DNA from: Deltaproteobacteria bacterium
GTDB taxonomy: Bacteria; Myxococcota; Kuafuiibacteriia; Kuafuiibacteriales; Kuafuiibacteriaceae
Reading direction: 5' to 3'
Length of the DNA: 64,000 nucleotides
Assembly: GCA_040218735.1 (NCBI GenBank)
Contig: JAVJQW010000023.1
Location: forward strand, 576,001 to 640,000
Made by a program: the position numbers and the translations under genes. The notes beneath the pieces were generated by a model that made no database searches, was not told the DNA's origin, and worked only from the letters and a program-made list of their open reading frames with translations. This document shows positions 18,581 through 28,734 of this stretch, one piece after another (position 1 is the first letter of the stretch; each line of letters opens with the position of its first letter).

Positions 18581-20608
18581 TCAGCGATCCCCCCGCTCGA
18601 TGCCGATCTGATGGAGCGCCGAACGCCACAGGTGAGCGCCTTCGCGCATCTCGACGTCCTCGCAGTCGAACGTCTCGCCCCGCACGTGCAGCACGAGCTT
18701 TCGAATGGAACCGACCGACTCCAGCCGGAGCAGCTCGCTCGCGAGTTCGTTGTTCACGATGCGACGGCCCACGGGCCAACCGTCACCTTCGGCGCCGCCG
18801 CGCGTCGGATGCAGGTAGTCCTCGATTCGCGCCGCGACCTCTTCGCGCGCGCGGTCGGCGTCCGTCGGTCGCGCCGGAACCACGACGACCTCGGCCGTGA
18901 CGTCCTCGTAGACGGGCGCGATGACGAACAGCTCCGTGGTCAACACGCGGAACCGATCCAACTCACTGGCTACGTGCGCGAGGAACGTCTGGTCCGGCAT
19001 CGGCGCGACCTCGTCACGCGGTGCCTCGGGGACGACGATCAAAGTCACCGCGCCGGTCGCGGGCGCGGACGGAAAGCGTGGGTCGTGCCGGTCGAGGGCT
19101 ATCGCTCGAGCGGCGCCGGCGTCGAGCGCGAGCGCTTCGAAGTTCGACGCCGTGACGGCGGCGTCCAGCGACCGCACGCGCCCTGGGGCGGTCCGGCGCG
19201 CGACTTCGATGGGTTCTTCGTCCTGACCACCGGTCGCGAGCTCCAGCGGCTCGACGGTGCGAATGTCGGAGATCGCGAACTCACGCGTGAGTGACTTCTG
19301 ACCGTTGCCGACGGCGCCCCCTCCACTGCGGTAGGTGACGAACACGTTGTTCGTCCCGGACGGCGGGATGCGCCCTTCGATGCCGTCGCCGAACACGATC
19401 GACGCGCGGTCCGGGCTCACGGTGAAGATACGCCGTGGGCCGGGTGAGTCGTCGCGCCCTCGCCTGTCGCCGAGATCCTCGACGAGCTCCCAGACCTCCG
19501 GGTCGGGCTCCTTCACGAGCACCGACGGGGGGAAGTCGTCCGTCATGAGGATCGGCGCGTGCCGGACGTCGAAGGTCTGGTTCGGGGAGCCATCGCTCGC
19601 GCCGACACGCTCCTCGGCGTAGGTCCGCCACTGCACGAGCACAACAGCGTTCGGCGCCACGTACCGCACACGTCGTCGTTCCTCGCGCGCGGTGGCGTGG
19701 ACGCGCGCGCGGATCCAGTGTCGGAGCACGCCGTCCGTCGCGGAGCCCACCTGCGGGGCGAGCTTCGACGTCAGGGTGATCTCGATGAACCCATTGCTCC
19801 GCAGCGCGTCGGTCCGATCCGCCGCGACCTCCAGCGCGAACCACTGGCCGTCCTCGTCGAGGCCCTCCCAGACCACGTCCGAGGTGGGTTGCGCGGCCTG
19901 TACGGGCCTCGGGCCCGGCACCGTGGACGCCGGTTGAAGGGCGGCCTCCTCCTCGACCGTGCGCACGTAGATGCGGAGGCGACCCTCGTTCGACACGCCG
20001 AGGATGGGCGAGGGTTTGTTGGTCGCGGCGTCGATCTCCGTGTCGAAGCCGAAGTGGAGCGCGCGGTCCCTGAGGCGCGCCTCCCCGAACGGCGCATAGT
20101 CCTGGTCGGGTGCGAGGTTCAGCGCGGTGAGATCTTGAACCTGGGAGCTCACGCGGTCGTCGAGGAGGAGCGCGCCGAGGTTCGCCTTGATGAGGTGAAC
20201 GTCCTCGATGGCCTCGAAGAAGATGTCGTCGTCTTCACCGGGCGCGGAGAAACGGAGCTCGTGCGCGAGGAGAGATACAACACCGCCGGTCGGTTCCATC
20301 GTCGCCTGCACGGGCATCAACGCGGGCTTCGGTGGTCTCGGCGCGAACCCCAGGAGGTCGAGGAACTCGACGTACATGCGCTCGTCGGGGAGCCGATTGA
20401 GTCGGTAGAGGAGCGTCTCGGTGAGCCACGCGAAGACGTCGACGATCGCGATGCCGGGATCGCTGGTGTTGTACTCACTCCACTGACGCGCCGTTCGGCC
20501 GCGCTGGTCGACCTTCCAGTCGGGCACGTAGGCCGAGATGCGGCGGCGCGCTTCGCTGACCAAGTCCTCGAAGGTTCGGTCGTCGAGGTTTTCGGGGATG
20601 AAGGGCAT
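18581..20608 (-). CDS. Baseplate J-like assembly protein (Afp11-like)
   Basis: NLDDRTFEDLVSEARRRI, YNTSDPGIAIVDVFAWL, SDGSPNQTF, FGDGIEGRIPP, ATGGQDEE, AVTASNFEALA. Confidence 0.92.
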   Translation of the reverse strand: MPFIPENLDDRTFEDLVSEARRRISAYVPDWKVDQRGRTARQWSEYNTSDPGIAIVDVFAWLTETLLYRLNRLPDERMYVEFLDLLGFAPRPPKPALMPVQATMEPTGGVVSLLAHELRFSAPGEDDDIFFEAIEDVHLIKANLGALLLDDRVSSQVQDLTALNLAPDQDYAPFGEARLRDRALHFGFDTEIDAATNKPSPILGVSNEGRLRIYVRTVEEEAALQPASTVPGPRPVQAAQPTSDVVWEGLDEDGQWFALEVAADRTDALRSNGFIEITLTSKLAPQVGSATDGVLRHWIRARVHATAREERRRVRYVAPNAVVLVQWRTYAEERVGASDGSPNQTFDVRHAPILMTDDFPPSVLVKEPDPEVWELVEDLGDRRGRDDSPGPRRIFTVSPDRASIVFGDGIEGRIPPSGTNNVFVTYRSGGGAVGNGQKSLTREFAISDIRTVEPLELATGGQDEEPIEVARRTAPGRVRSLDAAVTASNFEALALDAGAARAIALDRHDPRFPSAPATGAVTLIVVPEAPRDEVAPMPDQTFLAHVASELDRFRVLTTELFVIAPVYEDVTAEVVVVPARPTDADRAREEVAARIEDYLHPTRGGAEGDGWPVGRRIVNNELASELLRLESVGSIRKLVLHVRGETFDCEDVEMREGAHLWRSALHQIGIERGDR

Positions 20609-21027
20609 CAGGGCCTCTCACTTCCCTCCCGCAGGTAGAGCGGGAACACCTGGTTGAAGATGGCGTTGTTCTCGCGGAGTCGATAACTCAGCGAGGCGAC
20701 GAGGCGGGTCTCGATCTCCTCGTCCTCGGCGACCGAGACCTCCAGCACGTCGATACGCGGTTCGTGCGCGGCGAGCGCGTCGCGGATCGCACGTTCGAGG
20801 TGGTCGGCCGTCGCGGAGGTCTTGGCTTCGAAGAGGAGCTGCGGCACCTCCGATCCGAACTCCGGGCGCATCACACGCTCGTTCACACCCGTCCCCAGGA
20901 TGATCCGAATGGCCTCCTGGACGTCGCGCTCCGCTTCGACCATCGCGAAGCGGCCGTTGGCGTCGATGCGTACCGGGAAGGCCCAGCCCACCCCCAGCTC
21001 TCTGCGGCGATCGGAAGTCCTCATCAT
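20608..21027 (-). CDS. GPW/gp25 family baseplate protein (Afp9-like)
   Basis: LGVGWAFPV, IRIILGTGVNERVMRPEFGS, EPRIDV, NQVFPLYL. Confidence 0.93.
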   Translation of the reverse strand: MMRTSDRRRELGVGWAFPVRIDANGRFAMVEAERDVQEAIRIILGTGVNERVMRPEFGSEVPQLLFEAKTSATADHLERAIRDALAAHEPRIDVLEVSVAEDEEIETRLVASLSYRLRENNAIFNQVFPLYLREGSERP

Positions 21028-21611
21028 CAACCCTTCTTGAGCGCGATGCTCGAGGCGACGACCTCGACCGTCGTCGCCTTGACCTTGATGCTGTTGGCGT
21101 TGTCGTCGAGGACGATCTCGTTGCCCCCGGCGCTCTTCACCGTGACCTTCTTGCCCTCGCCGGCCAGCTCGATCGTGTGTTCGTTGGCGATCGTGATGGT
21201 CTTGGATTTCTCGTCGATGAGTACCTTTTGTTTGTTCTTGGTCTCGATCAGGACCTTCTCCTCGCCTTCGACGTCAGATACCAGGACCTGAGTTCCGGCC
21301 TTCGTGTGAAACCTGCGCTCATCGACCTTCGTGGTCGGCGGCTTGCGTTTCTTCGAATAGATCGACCCGAGGACGAAGAGCATCTTGGGATCACCGGCGT
21401 AGTAGGCGACGACGACCTCGTCGCCCTTCTCCGGCACCGAGTAGGCGCCGTGCGTCTCCCCGGCGAACGGCATGAGGACGCGACACCAGTCCGTCTCTCG
21501 GTCCTTCTCGAGCGGAAGCTTGAGCCGCACCCGTCCGAGCTGCTCCTTCTTGTCCTCGCGGTCGACGACGATGCCGACCGTGAGCCCCATGGACTTGGAT
21601 GCGATCGTCAT
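21027..21611 (-). CDS. Phage baseplate assembly protein V (gp5-like spike, OB fold)
   Basis: GRVRLKLP...DWCRVLMPFAG..HGAYSVPEKGDEVVVAY..GDP...VLGSIY, followed by beta-strand repeats. Confidence 0.9.
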   Translation of the reverse strand: MTIASKSMGLTVGIVVDREDKKEQLGRVRLKLPLEKDRETDWCRVLMPFAGETHGAYSVPEKGDEVVVAYYAGDPKMLFVLGSIYSKKRKPPTTKVDERRFHTKAGTQVLVSDVEGEEKVLIETKNKQKVLIDEKSKTITIANEHTIELAGEGKKVTVKSAGGNEIVLDDNANSIKVKATTVEVVASSIALKKG

Positions 21612-22714
21612 GCGTACGCCTTCCTGACCGAGAACGTCGTCTGGTAGCCGGACTGATCGATGCGATGGGTCGACTCGGTCACGTAGTAGGCGCCATCGAA
21701 GCGCTTCCCGAGGCCCTTCAGCTCGATGTTCACGCCGGCACGCAGGGAGGGAATGCCGACCGTCTGTCCGGAGCCGGTGACGAAGGAGTGCGCGTTTCGG
21801 CGCAGGACGGACTCGGCCAGAGTCTGAGCCTCCTCGTCGCTGAGTACGGCTTCCTTGAGGATGACCTCCTCTTTGCCCTTGCCGAACGCCGACTCCAGGA
21901 CCTCACCCGCGTTCTTGCCCTTTTGCTTGAGGTCGTTCAGCTTCGCGCGCGTCGCCGACTTCTCGATGAGTCGACCCTCGATCGGGTGCCAGCACCGCAC
22001 CGTCACCTTCGAGACCTGACGCGCCAACGTGAGGGACGGCGCAAAGGACATCAGCGACTTGCCGTACTCGAGGGTGAGGACGGGGCTGTTGCCTTCGCGG
22101 GTGTGTACGAAGTGGAGGTCGCCGTCTCGGAGGAAGACCTCGAAGTCGAGACGCTTCGCGCGCTCGAGGAGGAAGGAGATGTCGTCCTTGTTGTCCTGCG
22201 GGACGACGTCGTGTCGTTCCTTTGTCGAGTCGATGAGTGCCCCGAACCCATTTTCGCGGGCGATCTCCCCCGCGATCTCGGCGTCGGTCTTCTTCTCCCA
22301 ACTCTTGGTCTTCGGCTGGTTTCGGAGTCGGTGCAGGAGGTCGAGGCCGCGCACGACCAGCGTGGAGGACCCGGTCGGAGGGAACTGCGGGTCGAAGGCG
22401 ATGACCTCCCCCTGCAGCATGCGCTGCATCTTCGGGGCATCCGCGTAACCCATCTCGAGCTCGAACTGCTTGCCGAGGTCGATGGGGTCACCACCGTCCG
22501 AGTACTTGTACGTGGGTGACTCGCTCCGGCTGGTGTGACGGACGTTGTTGAGCACCAGCTCGACGGCAGCGAGGTCCTTGATGCTGTCCTTGAACTGAAC
22601 GCTCAGGACGTCACCCGCCTCTTCGTGCAGCTCCTTCCCGCCGATTCGGAACCGGAACTGCGGCGCGTAGAACCGAGGCGCCTTCCCGGTTCCCTGGTCG
22701 AGTACGACGTCCAT
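21608..22714 (-). CDS. Phage late control D / gp27-like hub protein
   Basis: MGYADA, KTDAEIAGEIARENG, DDISFLLERAKRL, GIPSLRAG, GLGKRFDGAYYVTESTHRIDQSGYQTTF. Confidence 0.9.
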   Translation of the reverse strand: MDVVLDQGTGKAPRFYAPQFRFRIGGKELHEEAGDVLSVQFKDSIKDLAAVELVLNNVRHTSRSESPTYKYSDGGDPIDLGKQFELEMGYADAPKMQRMLQGEVIAFDPQFPPTGSSTLVVRGLDLLHRLRNQPKTKSWEKKTDAEIAGEIARENGFGALIDSTKERHDVVPQDNKDDISFLLERAKRLDFEVFLRDGDLHFVHTREGNSPVLTLEYGKSLMSFAPSLTLARQVSKVTVRCWHPIEGRLIEKSATRAKLNDLKQKGKNAGEVLESAFGKGKEEVILKEAVLSDEEAQTLAESVLRRNAHSFVTGSGQTVGIPSLRAGVNIELKGLGKRFDGAYYVTESTHRIDQSGYQTTFSVRKAYA

Positions 22715-23410
22715 CTACGCCTCCTCCTCGATCCGCGGCACCCGGAGGATCGCGCCCGGGGAGAGATCGGCCGCGTCGCGGAGGTTGTTGGCCGTGGCGA
22801 TCTCGCGCCACTGCGACGCATCACCGTACGCTTCGTGTGCGATGGCCGGCAGCGTGTCCCCGTGGCGAACGACGACCGTCTTGGTGCGGTCGGGGGAGCG
22901 CAGGTTCATCGCGCCGAGCTGCTCGATGACGGTCCGGTAGCGCTTCACGCCCAGAGCCACGTTCACGCGGAGCGGCGTCCCGTCCGGGTCGAAGAGGACG
23001 AACTGGCGCCGCACGGACTCGATGACGCCCTCGACGATGTTCTTGCTCCACTCGAAGACGACGATCGGCGGTGCGTGGCGCTCACCGTCGACCCGCGCGA
23101 GCTGCTGGAGCTTCTCGGCGTGTTTGGAGGCATCGCGCCCCGGTGTCCCCGGTGCCTCGTTGGTGGTGTCCACCAGGAGCTCGAACGTCAGCTTCTCGGT
23201 GTTGCCGCGTACGAACTGGATCACGGGCGCCTCGAGGCCGGGAATGCCGATCTCGGCGAAGGCGTTCGACTGCTCCATCGTGTACTCCTTCGGGTTGAAG
23301 AGCACGTCGACGGCGAGGTACTTGTCGTCCTTCTTTCCCTTGGGAAAGATCTTCATGCGTGTCAGCGGCTGCCGGTCAGCGAAGGGTTTGGTGAAGGAAA
23401 CCATTCTCAC
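22715..23410 (-). CDS. CIS tube initiator with LysM domain (Afp7-like)
   Basis: VLFNPKEYT, QFVRGNTEKLTFELLVDT, LFDPDGTPLRV, LysM VVRHGDTLPAIAHEAYGDASQWREIATANN. Confidence 0.92.
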   Translation of the reverse strand: MRMVSFTKPFADRQPLTRMKIFPKGKKDDKYLAVDVLFNPKEYTMEQSNAFAEIGIPGLEAPVIQFVRGNTEKLTFELLVDTTNEAPGTPGRDASKHAEKLQQLARVDGERHAPPIVVFEWSKNIVEGVIESVRRQFVLFDPDGTPLRVNVALGVKRYRTVIEQLGAMNLRSPDRTKTVVVRHGDTLPAIAHEAYGDASQWREIATANNLRDAADLSPGAILRVPRIEEEA

Positions 23411-23598
23411 TCACCTCCCAAGAGGTCGGGATCGCGTTGCTGGATCTTGCGCTCCTCTTCGAAGCGCCGCGCCGAATCTCGGCGCATCTGCTCGAGGAAC
23501 GCATCACGGACATCCACCGGATCCGGGCCACCGTGGTCCCTGGAGCTCTCCTCGGTGACGGCGATACGCGCGTCGAGATTTCCGATGATCAGCGGCAT
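23407..23598 (-). CDS. Small eCIS protein (Afp6-like position)
   Basis: 63 aa, MPLIIGNLDARIAV..., between tube and initiator genes, with an overlap at its 3' end. Confidence 0.6.
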   Translation of the reverse strand: MPLIIGNLDARIAVTEESSRDHGGPDPVDVRDAFLEQMRRDSARRFEEERKIQQRDPDLLGGE

Positions 23599-23599
23599 T

Positions 23600-24118
23600 T
23601 CACGTCAACCCGATATTCGAGAGCCCGAAATGATCGAGCCCTTCGTGAGCGATGGTGAGTGTTTCGGTCGCTACGCCGTTCTGACCCGCGTTGAGACCAG
23701 GGCCGGTCCATTTCAGCGGGAGCCCCTGCCGGAACATCCACGCTTGCGCTGGGATCCCTCCGTTGGTGAGTAGGACGATGATTCCGTCCTTCCGTTGGTA
23801 GACGCCGTCGCTGACCTTCCGGACCCAGGACCAGAGGTCGGAGGTGATGAGCAACCCGCGCTTCAGAACGAGGTCGGAGGGTTTCGTCCGCGTCGGGAGG
23901 CGGCGCACGTATTTGTTCTGACCGCCCTCGGGATAATCCAGCGTCTCGAGGCTCATCTCGATACCGGAGCACTCCGAGAACCCACCACCGAGGAGGGCCA
24001 ACGCAGCGCCCACCGTGGCCTTGGTGTCGAGCAGACCGGCGCTGTCGCGGAGCATCACGACGTACCGGAATGCGGGGAGCGGGAGCGGATTGAGGCGACC
24101 CGGGCGTTGAACCATCAC
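23600..24118 (-). CDS. Tail tube protein 2 (gp19 family, Afp5-like)
   Basis: C-terminal part of ORF 23600..25933; GTGA overlap with the sheath gene. GFSECSGIEM...YPEGGQN...LVLKRGL...PLKWTGPGLNA...ETLTIAHEGL. Confidence 0.9.
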   Translation of the reverse strand: MMVQRPGRLNPLPLPAFRYVVMLRDSAGLLDTKATVGAALALLGGGFSECSGIEMSLETLDYPEGGQNKYVRRLPTRTKPSDLVLKRGLLITSDLWSWVRKVSDGVYQRKDGIIVLLTNGGIPAQAWMFRQGLPLKWTGPGLNAGQNGVATETLTIAHEGLDHFGLSNIGLT

Positions 24119-26193
24119 GCGCCTCCCTGAATGTCGTCGAGGACGGCGGACCCGTCTCGGGAGAACGCGACCCGAATGAGGATGAACTCGGTGGGGATCG
24201 CGGGCGCGATCTCGACCTCGGCGACGACCATGCCCTGGTCCCGCTCGGCCGGCGTCGTCGTGGAGTCGTCGACGCGAACGCTGTACGACTCTGCGCGCGT
24301 CGTGCCGGCGAGCGCGTTCTTCCGCCACAGCTCGTCGAGGACGGCGTCGATGGTGAGGTGGATGCGGAAGCGAACGTCGGCGTCGTTCGGCTCGAAGACA
24401 AACGTCGACCCGAGCGCGCGCAGCACCCGGCGAACGTAGGCGACGACGCGGCTCGCCGGGATGAAGCGATCCGGGCGGCTCCAAGTCGCGAGGGAACGCA
24501 CGCCGTGGACCAGCGCGCCGCGCCCCGGGATCGCGTGGACGACGCCGAGGTGCGCGGCGTTGAGATCCGCACGGTCGCGATCCGGAAGGACCTCGGCGAT
24601 TCCCACGGCGCCTTCGAGCGTGATGTTGGCGAAGCGCGCACCGGGCGTCCCCTCGCGTGTCGTCGCGGCCATCAGACCTGCGACGTGACCCGACGGCGGA
24701 ACGAGGATGACGCGGCGCCCGCGCGTGCCGGGATCCAGGACGCGGACCCAGGGGTGGAACATCGCGCAGTGCGGGAGCGCGCTCGCGTGCCCTTCGAGCG
24801 CCACTTCGGATCGCATGACGTGGGTCGACGCGATCACCTCGGCCGGGGTGAGCATCGGCAGCGGGTCGAGGAGGAGCGTGCGGTCCAAGCCGCGGTCCAA
24901 CCCCAGCTCCGAGGACGGGAGGGACATCGCGATGAGGTCGCGCTGCAGGGCGGAGATCGCCGACCCGAATCCGGGCATCTGAGACTCGGGCACCACCTCC
25001 GGAGGGATGCTCGGCGCGGGAGTCGGGACGGCGCTCTCGGTCTCGTTCCGCGGCGCGCAAGGAGGCGGCGGTTCGGGTGGAAGCTCGTCGCGCGGGTCGT
25101 CGACCGGCGGTCTCGAGCAGTCGTGCGGCTCGGGCGCGGCGGGCAGCATGAGATCCGGGAACGTGACGATACTGGGCGCAGGGTGGGTCATCATCGCGCG
25201 CCCCGCAGTGAGTACGACGTTGGCGTCCATCGCCTTCGTACCGTCCACGCCGCCGGTGAGTTGGACCCGCCATTCGGGGACATCCGCGACCGCTTCGAGG
25301 GATGGCGTTCCGTTCCATGGGTTGGGTAGCGGCGCGGGCATCGTCTGGGGCGGGAACGACGTGGGGTAGCCGTCGGGCAGCGCGCTGCGGAGGAGCGACG
25401 AGTTCCCGGGTCGCTGCTGTCCCAGCGACAGCGCAATCTCGGAGTCCTCCGCGTAGGGAGTCCAGGACTCGGGGACGGCTGGGCTCCACTCGGTTTGCGG
25501 CCCGCTCGGCATGAAGTATCGCCACACCGCGCGCGGGCTCTCCCACGCGAGCGACAGTTCGCGGTGACGCTCGCGTCCCGCGGCGCTGTCGACGATGACT
25601 TCGACGGTGGGATCGATCACCTCGACGAGGTCGACGGACGGATCCACGGCGGCGTGGGGCCACGCGAACAACCCACCGGTGCCGGCCACCAGGCGCCCGA
25701 ACGTGGGGGGGGATCCCACGCCTCGACGGAAGCGAACGACGTCCCCTTCCCGCAGGCCCGCCGCGAGCGTCGGGAACCCGGCCACCGTACGTCGTCGTCG
25801 CACGCGGAGCGGCATCGCGATCCGTGTGGCGTTGCCCCAGCGCCCCGCGGAGCTCGCGGTGAGTCCGATCGTCGCGCCCGTCGCCGGGTCGATGACTTCG
25901 GCGCGTGCGACGCGCGTCGTGGTCGACGCCCAACGCAGCACGTAGGCCGTCGAGCCTCGGTTCTGAAAATGAGCGTACGCCGCGAGTGGAGTGAGCGCCT
26001 GGCGCTGGGTACCGCGAATGGGTAGGAACCCACCGAACTCGAGCTTGAAGCCCCCCCAGTCCTCGACCCGTCGAGGAACCAGGATGGGCCCGCGCTCGAG
26101 GATGCCCGCGAAGCCGACGATGTCGGCGCGCAAGGCATCCCCGGACCCGCGCGGGGCCTCCTCCTGGACGATTTCGACTCCCGGCGCGAGCAT
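24115..26193 (-). CDS. Tail sheath protein 2 (divergent, with Pro-rich insertion)
   Basis: ATG 26193, MLAPGVEIVQE...FAGILERGP; C-terminal VPPSGHVAG, VFEPND, EIAPAIPTEFILIRV. Confidence 0.88.
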   Translation of the reverse strand: MLAPGVEIVQEEAPRGSGDALRADIVGFAGILERGPILVPRRVEDWGGFKLEFGGFLPIRGTQRQALTPLAAYAHFQNRGSTAYVLRWASTTTRVARAEVIDPATGATIGLTASSAGRWGNATRIAMPLRVRRRRTVAGFPTLAAGLREGDVVRFRRGVGSPPTFGRLVAGTGGLFAWPHAAVDPSVDLVEVIDPTVEVIVDSAAGRERHRELSLAWESPRAVWRYFMPSGPQTEWSPAVPESWTPYAEDSEIALSLGQQRPGNSSLLRSALPDGYPTSFPPQTMPAPLPNPWNGTPSLEAVADVPEWRVQLTGGVDGTKAMDANVVLTAGRAMMTHPAPSIVTFPDLMLPAAPEPHDCSRPPVDDPRDELPPEPPPPCAPRNETESAVPTPAPSIPPEVVPESQMPGFGSAISALQRDLIAMSLPSSELGLDRGLDRTLLLDPLPMLTPAEVIASTHVMRSEVALEGHASALPHCAMFHPWVRVLDPGTRGRRVILVPPSGHVAGLMAATTREGTPGARFANITLEGAVGIAEVLPDRDRADLNAAHLGVVHAIPGRGALVHGVRSLATWSRPDRFIPASRVVAYVRRVLRALGSTFVFEPNDADVRFRIHLTIDAVLDELWRKNALAGTTRAESYSVRVDDSTTTPAERDQGMVVAEVEIAPAIPTEFILIRVAFSRDGSAVLDDIQGGA

Positions 26194-26642
26194 CAGATCA
26201 TCTCGATCCCTTCGTGCGCGAGCTCGAGGGTCTCCAGGGCCGTCTCGTTCTTGTTGGCGGCCATCGCGGGCCCCATCCACTTCACCGGCCAGGCCTTCTT
26301 GAGCTTCCAGGTCGCGACGACCCCTCGCTTCTCGTCGAGGAGGTGGATCTTCACCGAGGTCTTGCCCTCGCTGTCGTCGGCGTTGCCGATGCCGCCGACC
26401 ACCTCGTCGCGCCATCGAAAGAGATCCGAGGCGCCGATCACGCCGCGCTTGAGCACGACGTTGGGGTGCTTCCGGATCCCCGGAATCTTGCGCATCACCG
26501 TGTCTTCGTCCCCGGTTCGGTACTCGACGACGCCCTGTTCGCTGTCGATTCCCGACACCTCCGAGAACGCCGCGATGATTCCGTTGTCGAACTCGACGCG
26601 GAAATTGAATGACCCGTATGGGTTGTTCCTCTCGACCGCCAT
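26193..26642 (-). CDS. Tail tube protein 1 (gp19 family, Afp1-like)
   Basis: NPYGSFNFRVE, FSEVSGI, EYRTGDE, RKIPG, LKRGV, AWPVKWMGP, ETLELAHEG. Confidence 0.95.
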   Translation of the reverse strand: MAVERNNPYGSFNFRVEFDNGIIAAFSEVSGIDSEQGVVEYRTGDEDTVMRKIPGIRKHPNVVLKRGVIGASDLFRWRDEVVGGIGNADDSEGKTSVKIHLLDEKRGVVATWKLKKAWPVKWMGPAMAANKNETALETLELAHEGIEMI

Positions 26643-26658
26643 GATTTATACCTCCTGA

Positions 26659-28725
26659 TCAGCCCTGGCTGTCCGCGGTGAATTGACCGATTCGGAAGAT
26701 CACGAACTCGGCGGGTTTGGTCGGAGCCACACCAATCTCACAGATCAGGCGGCCGTTATCCAAGTCATCCTGACTCATCGTGGAGCGATCACACTTCACG
26801 TAGAAGGCGTCGTCCGGTTTGGTTCCGAGGAGCGCGCCCGTGCGCCACACCGACTCCAGGAACGTCTCGATAGTGCTCCGGACGGCGGCCCAGAGCTGCT
26901 CGTTGTTCGGTTCGAACACGACCCACTGCGTGCCCTTGTCGATCGAGTGCTCGAGGAAGATGAACAGCCGTCGAACGTTGACGTACTTCCACTCCGGGTC
27001 ACTCGAGATGGTGCGCGCGCCCCACACGCGGATGCCGCGTTTGTTCTCGCGGAAGTCACGGATGACGTTGATGCCCTCCGGATTCAGGACCTCCTGGACG
27101 CCGTGCAGCACCTTCGTCACGACGTCGCGTGCGCCGCGTACGACCTCGTTGGCGGGCGCCTTGTGTACGCCGCGGTCGACATCGGAGCGGGCGTAGATGC
27201 CCACCATCGGCCCCGACGGGGGCACCTCGATCTCCCGGGCCGTCTGCGGGTCCGAGCTACGGATCCACGGGTGGTAGATCGCGGCGTACTTGCTGTCGAA
27301 ATTGCCGCGGTGTCCGCGGATGGTCGCGGTCTCGGCGCCGCTCGGGCCGTCGAGGACCGCGAAGCGGTACTTCATCAGCTCGCAGTGGGTGATCAGCGCG
27401 TCCTGCACGGCCGGCGCCGTCACACCGGGGACGGCGGTGATCGAAATCGCCTCCTCGTCTTCGAGCGCCGCGATACCGCTGCGCTGACCCGGGTCGGCGC
27501 CGGAGTTGCCGATGTAGTCGGGGACGTCGGGGAGCTGGTCGTCGGTCCCCACCGCGAGCCCGGCGACGGGCGCCAGCCACTCGGGGTGACCGTTCGTCGT
27601 GGTGGGGTGCGTGTCGAGCGGTGCGGCTGGATCGAAACCCGTCGGCGCCGTCATCGTGATGAGTTTGGAGTCGTCGACCTTCTTCCAGTACGTGCGGGTC
27701 GCGTTGAACTCGGCGGCCTGCGCGGCCGTGAACCCGAGGGTTGCACCGGCCGCGACTTGTCCCCAGGCGCCGCGGAAGGTCTCGACCGTCGCGCCCCAAC
27801 TCACGATGAGGTCGACTTCGCTCAGGAGCGCGACGAGGCGCTCACCGGGGCCCGCGGCGGTCGGCGCGCCGGCGGTTGGGGTGACGATTTCCAGCGTGTT
27901 GCCGGCGATCTTCGCGACCGTGGCGTAGGTGGCTTCGACCAGGTCACCTGTGGCGGTCGCTTCCTTGCGCAGCTCGATCACGCAGCCCGGGTAGAACGCG
28001 GACGCCGACGCCACTGCGATGGCGTTGCCGGAGACGGAACCCACCTCTACGGGGGGCCCGTAGGTCGGCCGCACCTGCACGCCAACGCGCTCGGCCCACA
28101 CGCCAGGCTCCTTGGCGCGGAGCGTGGGTCCGCCGGCCGTTGCGGCGCGGAGACGGACGTACGAGTTCGCCGCCTTGTGTTCGCCCTCGGCGGTGGTGAT
28201 GGGGTTGGCCAGCCCGATCTGGCGGGTCGACGAGATCCCCTTCGAGACCGCGACCGGCGTCGCAGGGTCGTCTCCGCCGAAGAGCGCGACGGTCGTCGAG
28301 TCGTACCCGCGGAGCGTCGTCACGCCGATCTTGTCCATACCCACCGGCGCGTTGGCGCGGAGGCGAGCGAAGATGCCGTGCTGGAGCTGGAGCTCGCGCA
28401 GGTCGACGGCGTTTCCACCCTGGGGCGGGTGCGCCTTGTAGACTCGGCACACGAAGGCACGCTTGCCTCCGTTGTCGAAGAACTGCTTCATCGCGATGGG
28501 CAAGTGTCCGTGTTCGCCGCCCGGTCCCGCTCCGGTCTTGCGCGGAATGAACCCACCGAAGTTTCGCTGGTACTCACCGAAACTCGTCACGAGCTTGGGG
28601 AGCCCCTGAACGGGGCCGCGTTCGGTCATGCCGACGAACCCAGCGGTACTGGTAGATACGCCTTCGATGGTTTTTTTGCCGGGTCGTTCTTCGATGTACA
28701 CGCCTGGCGCGAGATATTCGGGCAT
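26659..28725 (-). CDS. Tail sheath protein 1
   Basis: MPEYLAPGVYIEE, FFDNGGKRAFV, GVHKAPANE, VWGARTIS..PEWKYVNVRRLF, WVVFEPN, GVAPTKPAEFVIFRI. Confidence 0.96.
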   Translation of the reverse strand: MPEYLAPGVYIEERPGKKTIEGVSTSTAGFVGMTERGPVQGLPKLVTSFGEYQRNFGGFIPRKTGAGPGGEHGHLPIAMKQFFDNGGKRAFVCRVYKAHPPQGGNAVDLRELQLQHGIFARLRANAPVGMDKIGVTTLRGYDSTTVALFGGDDPATPVAVSKGISSTRQIGLANPITTAEGEHKAANSYVRLRAATAGGPTLRAKEPGVWAERVGVQVRPTYGPPVEVGSVSGNAIAVASASAFYPGCVIELRKEATATGDLVEATYATVAKIAGNTLEIVTPTAGAPTAAGPGERLVALLSEVDLIVSWGATVETFRGAWGQVAAGATLGFTAAQAAEFNATRTYWKKVDDSKLITMTAPTGFDPAAPLDTHPTTTNGHPEWLAPVAGLAVGTDDQLPDVPDYIGNSGADPGQRSGIAALEDEEAISITAVPGVTAPAVQDALITHCELMKYRFAVLDGPSGAETATIRGHRGNFDSKYAAIYHPWIRSSDPQTAREIEVPPSGPMVGIYARSDVDRGVHKAPANEVVRGARDVVTKVLHGVQEVLNPEGINVIRDFRENKRGIRVWGARTISSDPEWKYVNVRRLFIFLEHSIDKGTQWVVFEPNNEQLWAAVRSTIETFLESVWRTGALLGTKPDDAFYVKCDRSTMSQDDLDNGRLICEIGVAPTKPAEFVIFRIGQFTADSQG

Positions 28726-28734
28726 CGTGTTCTC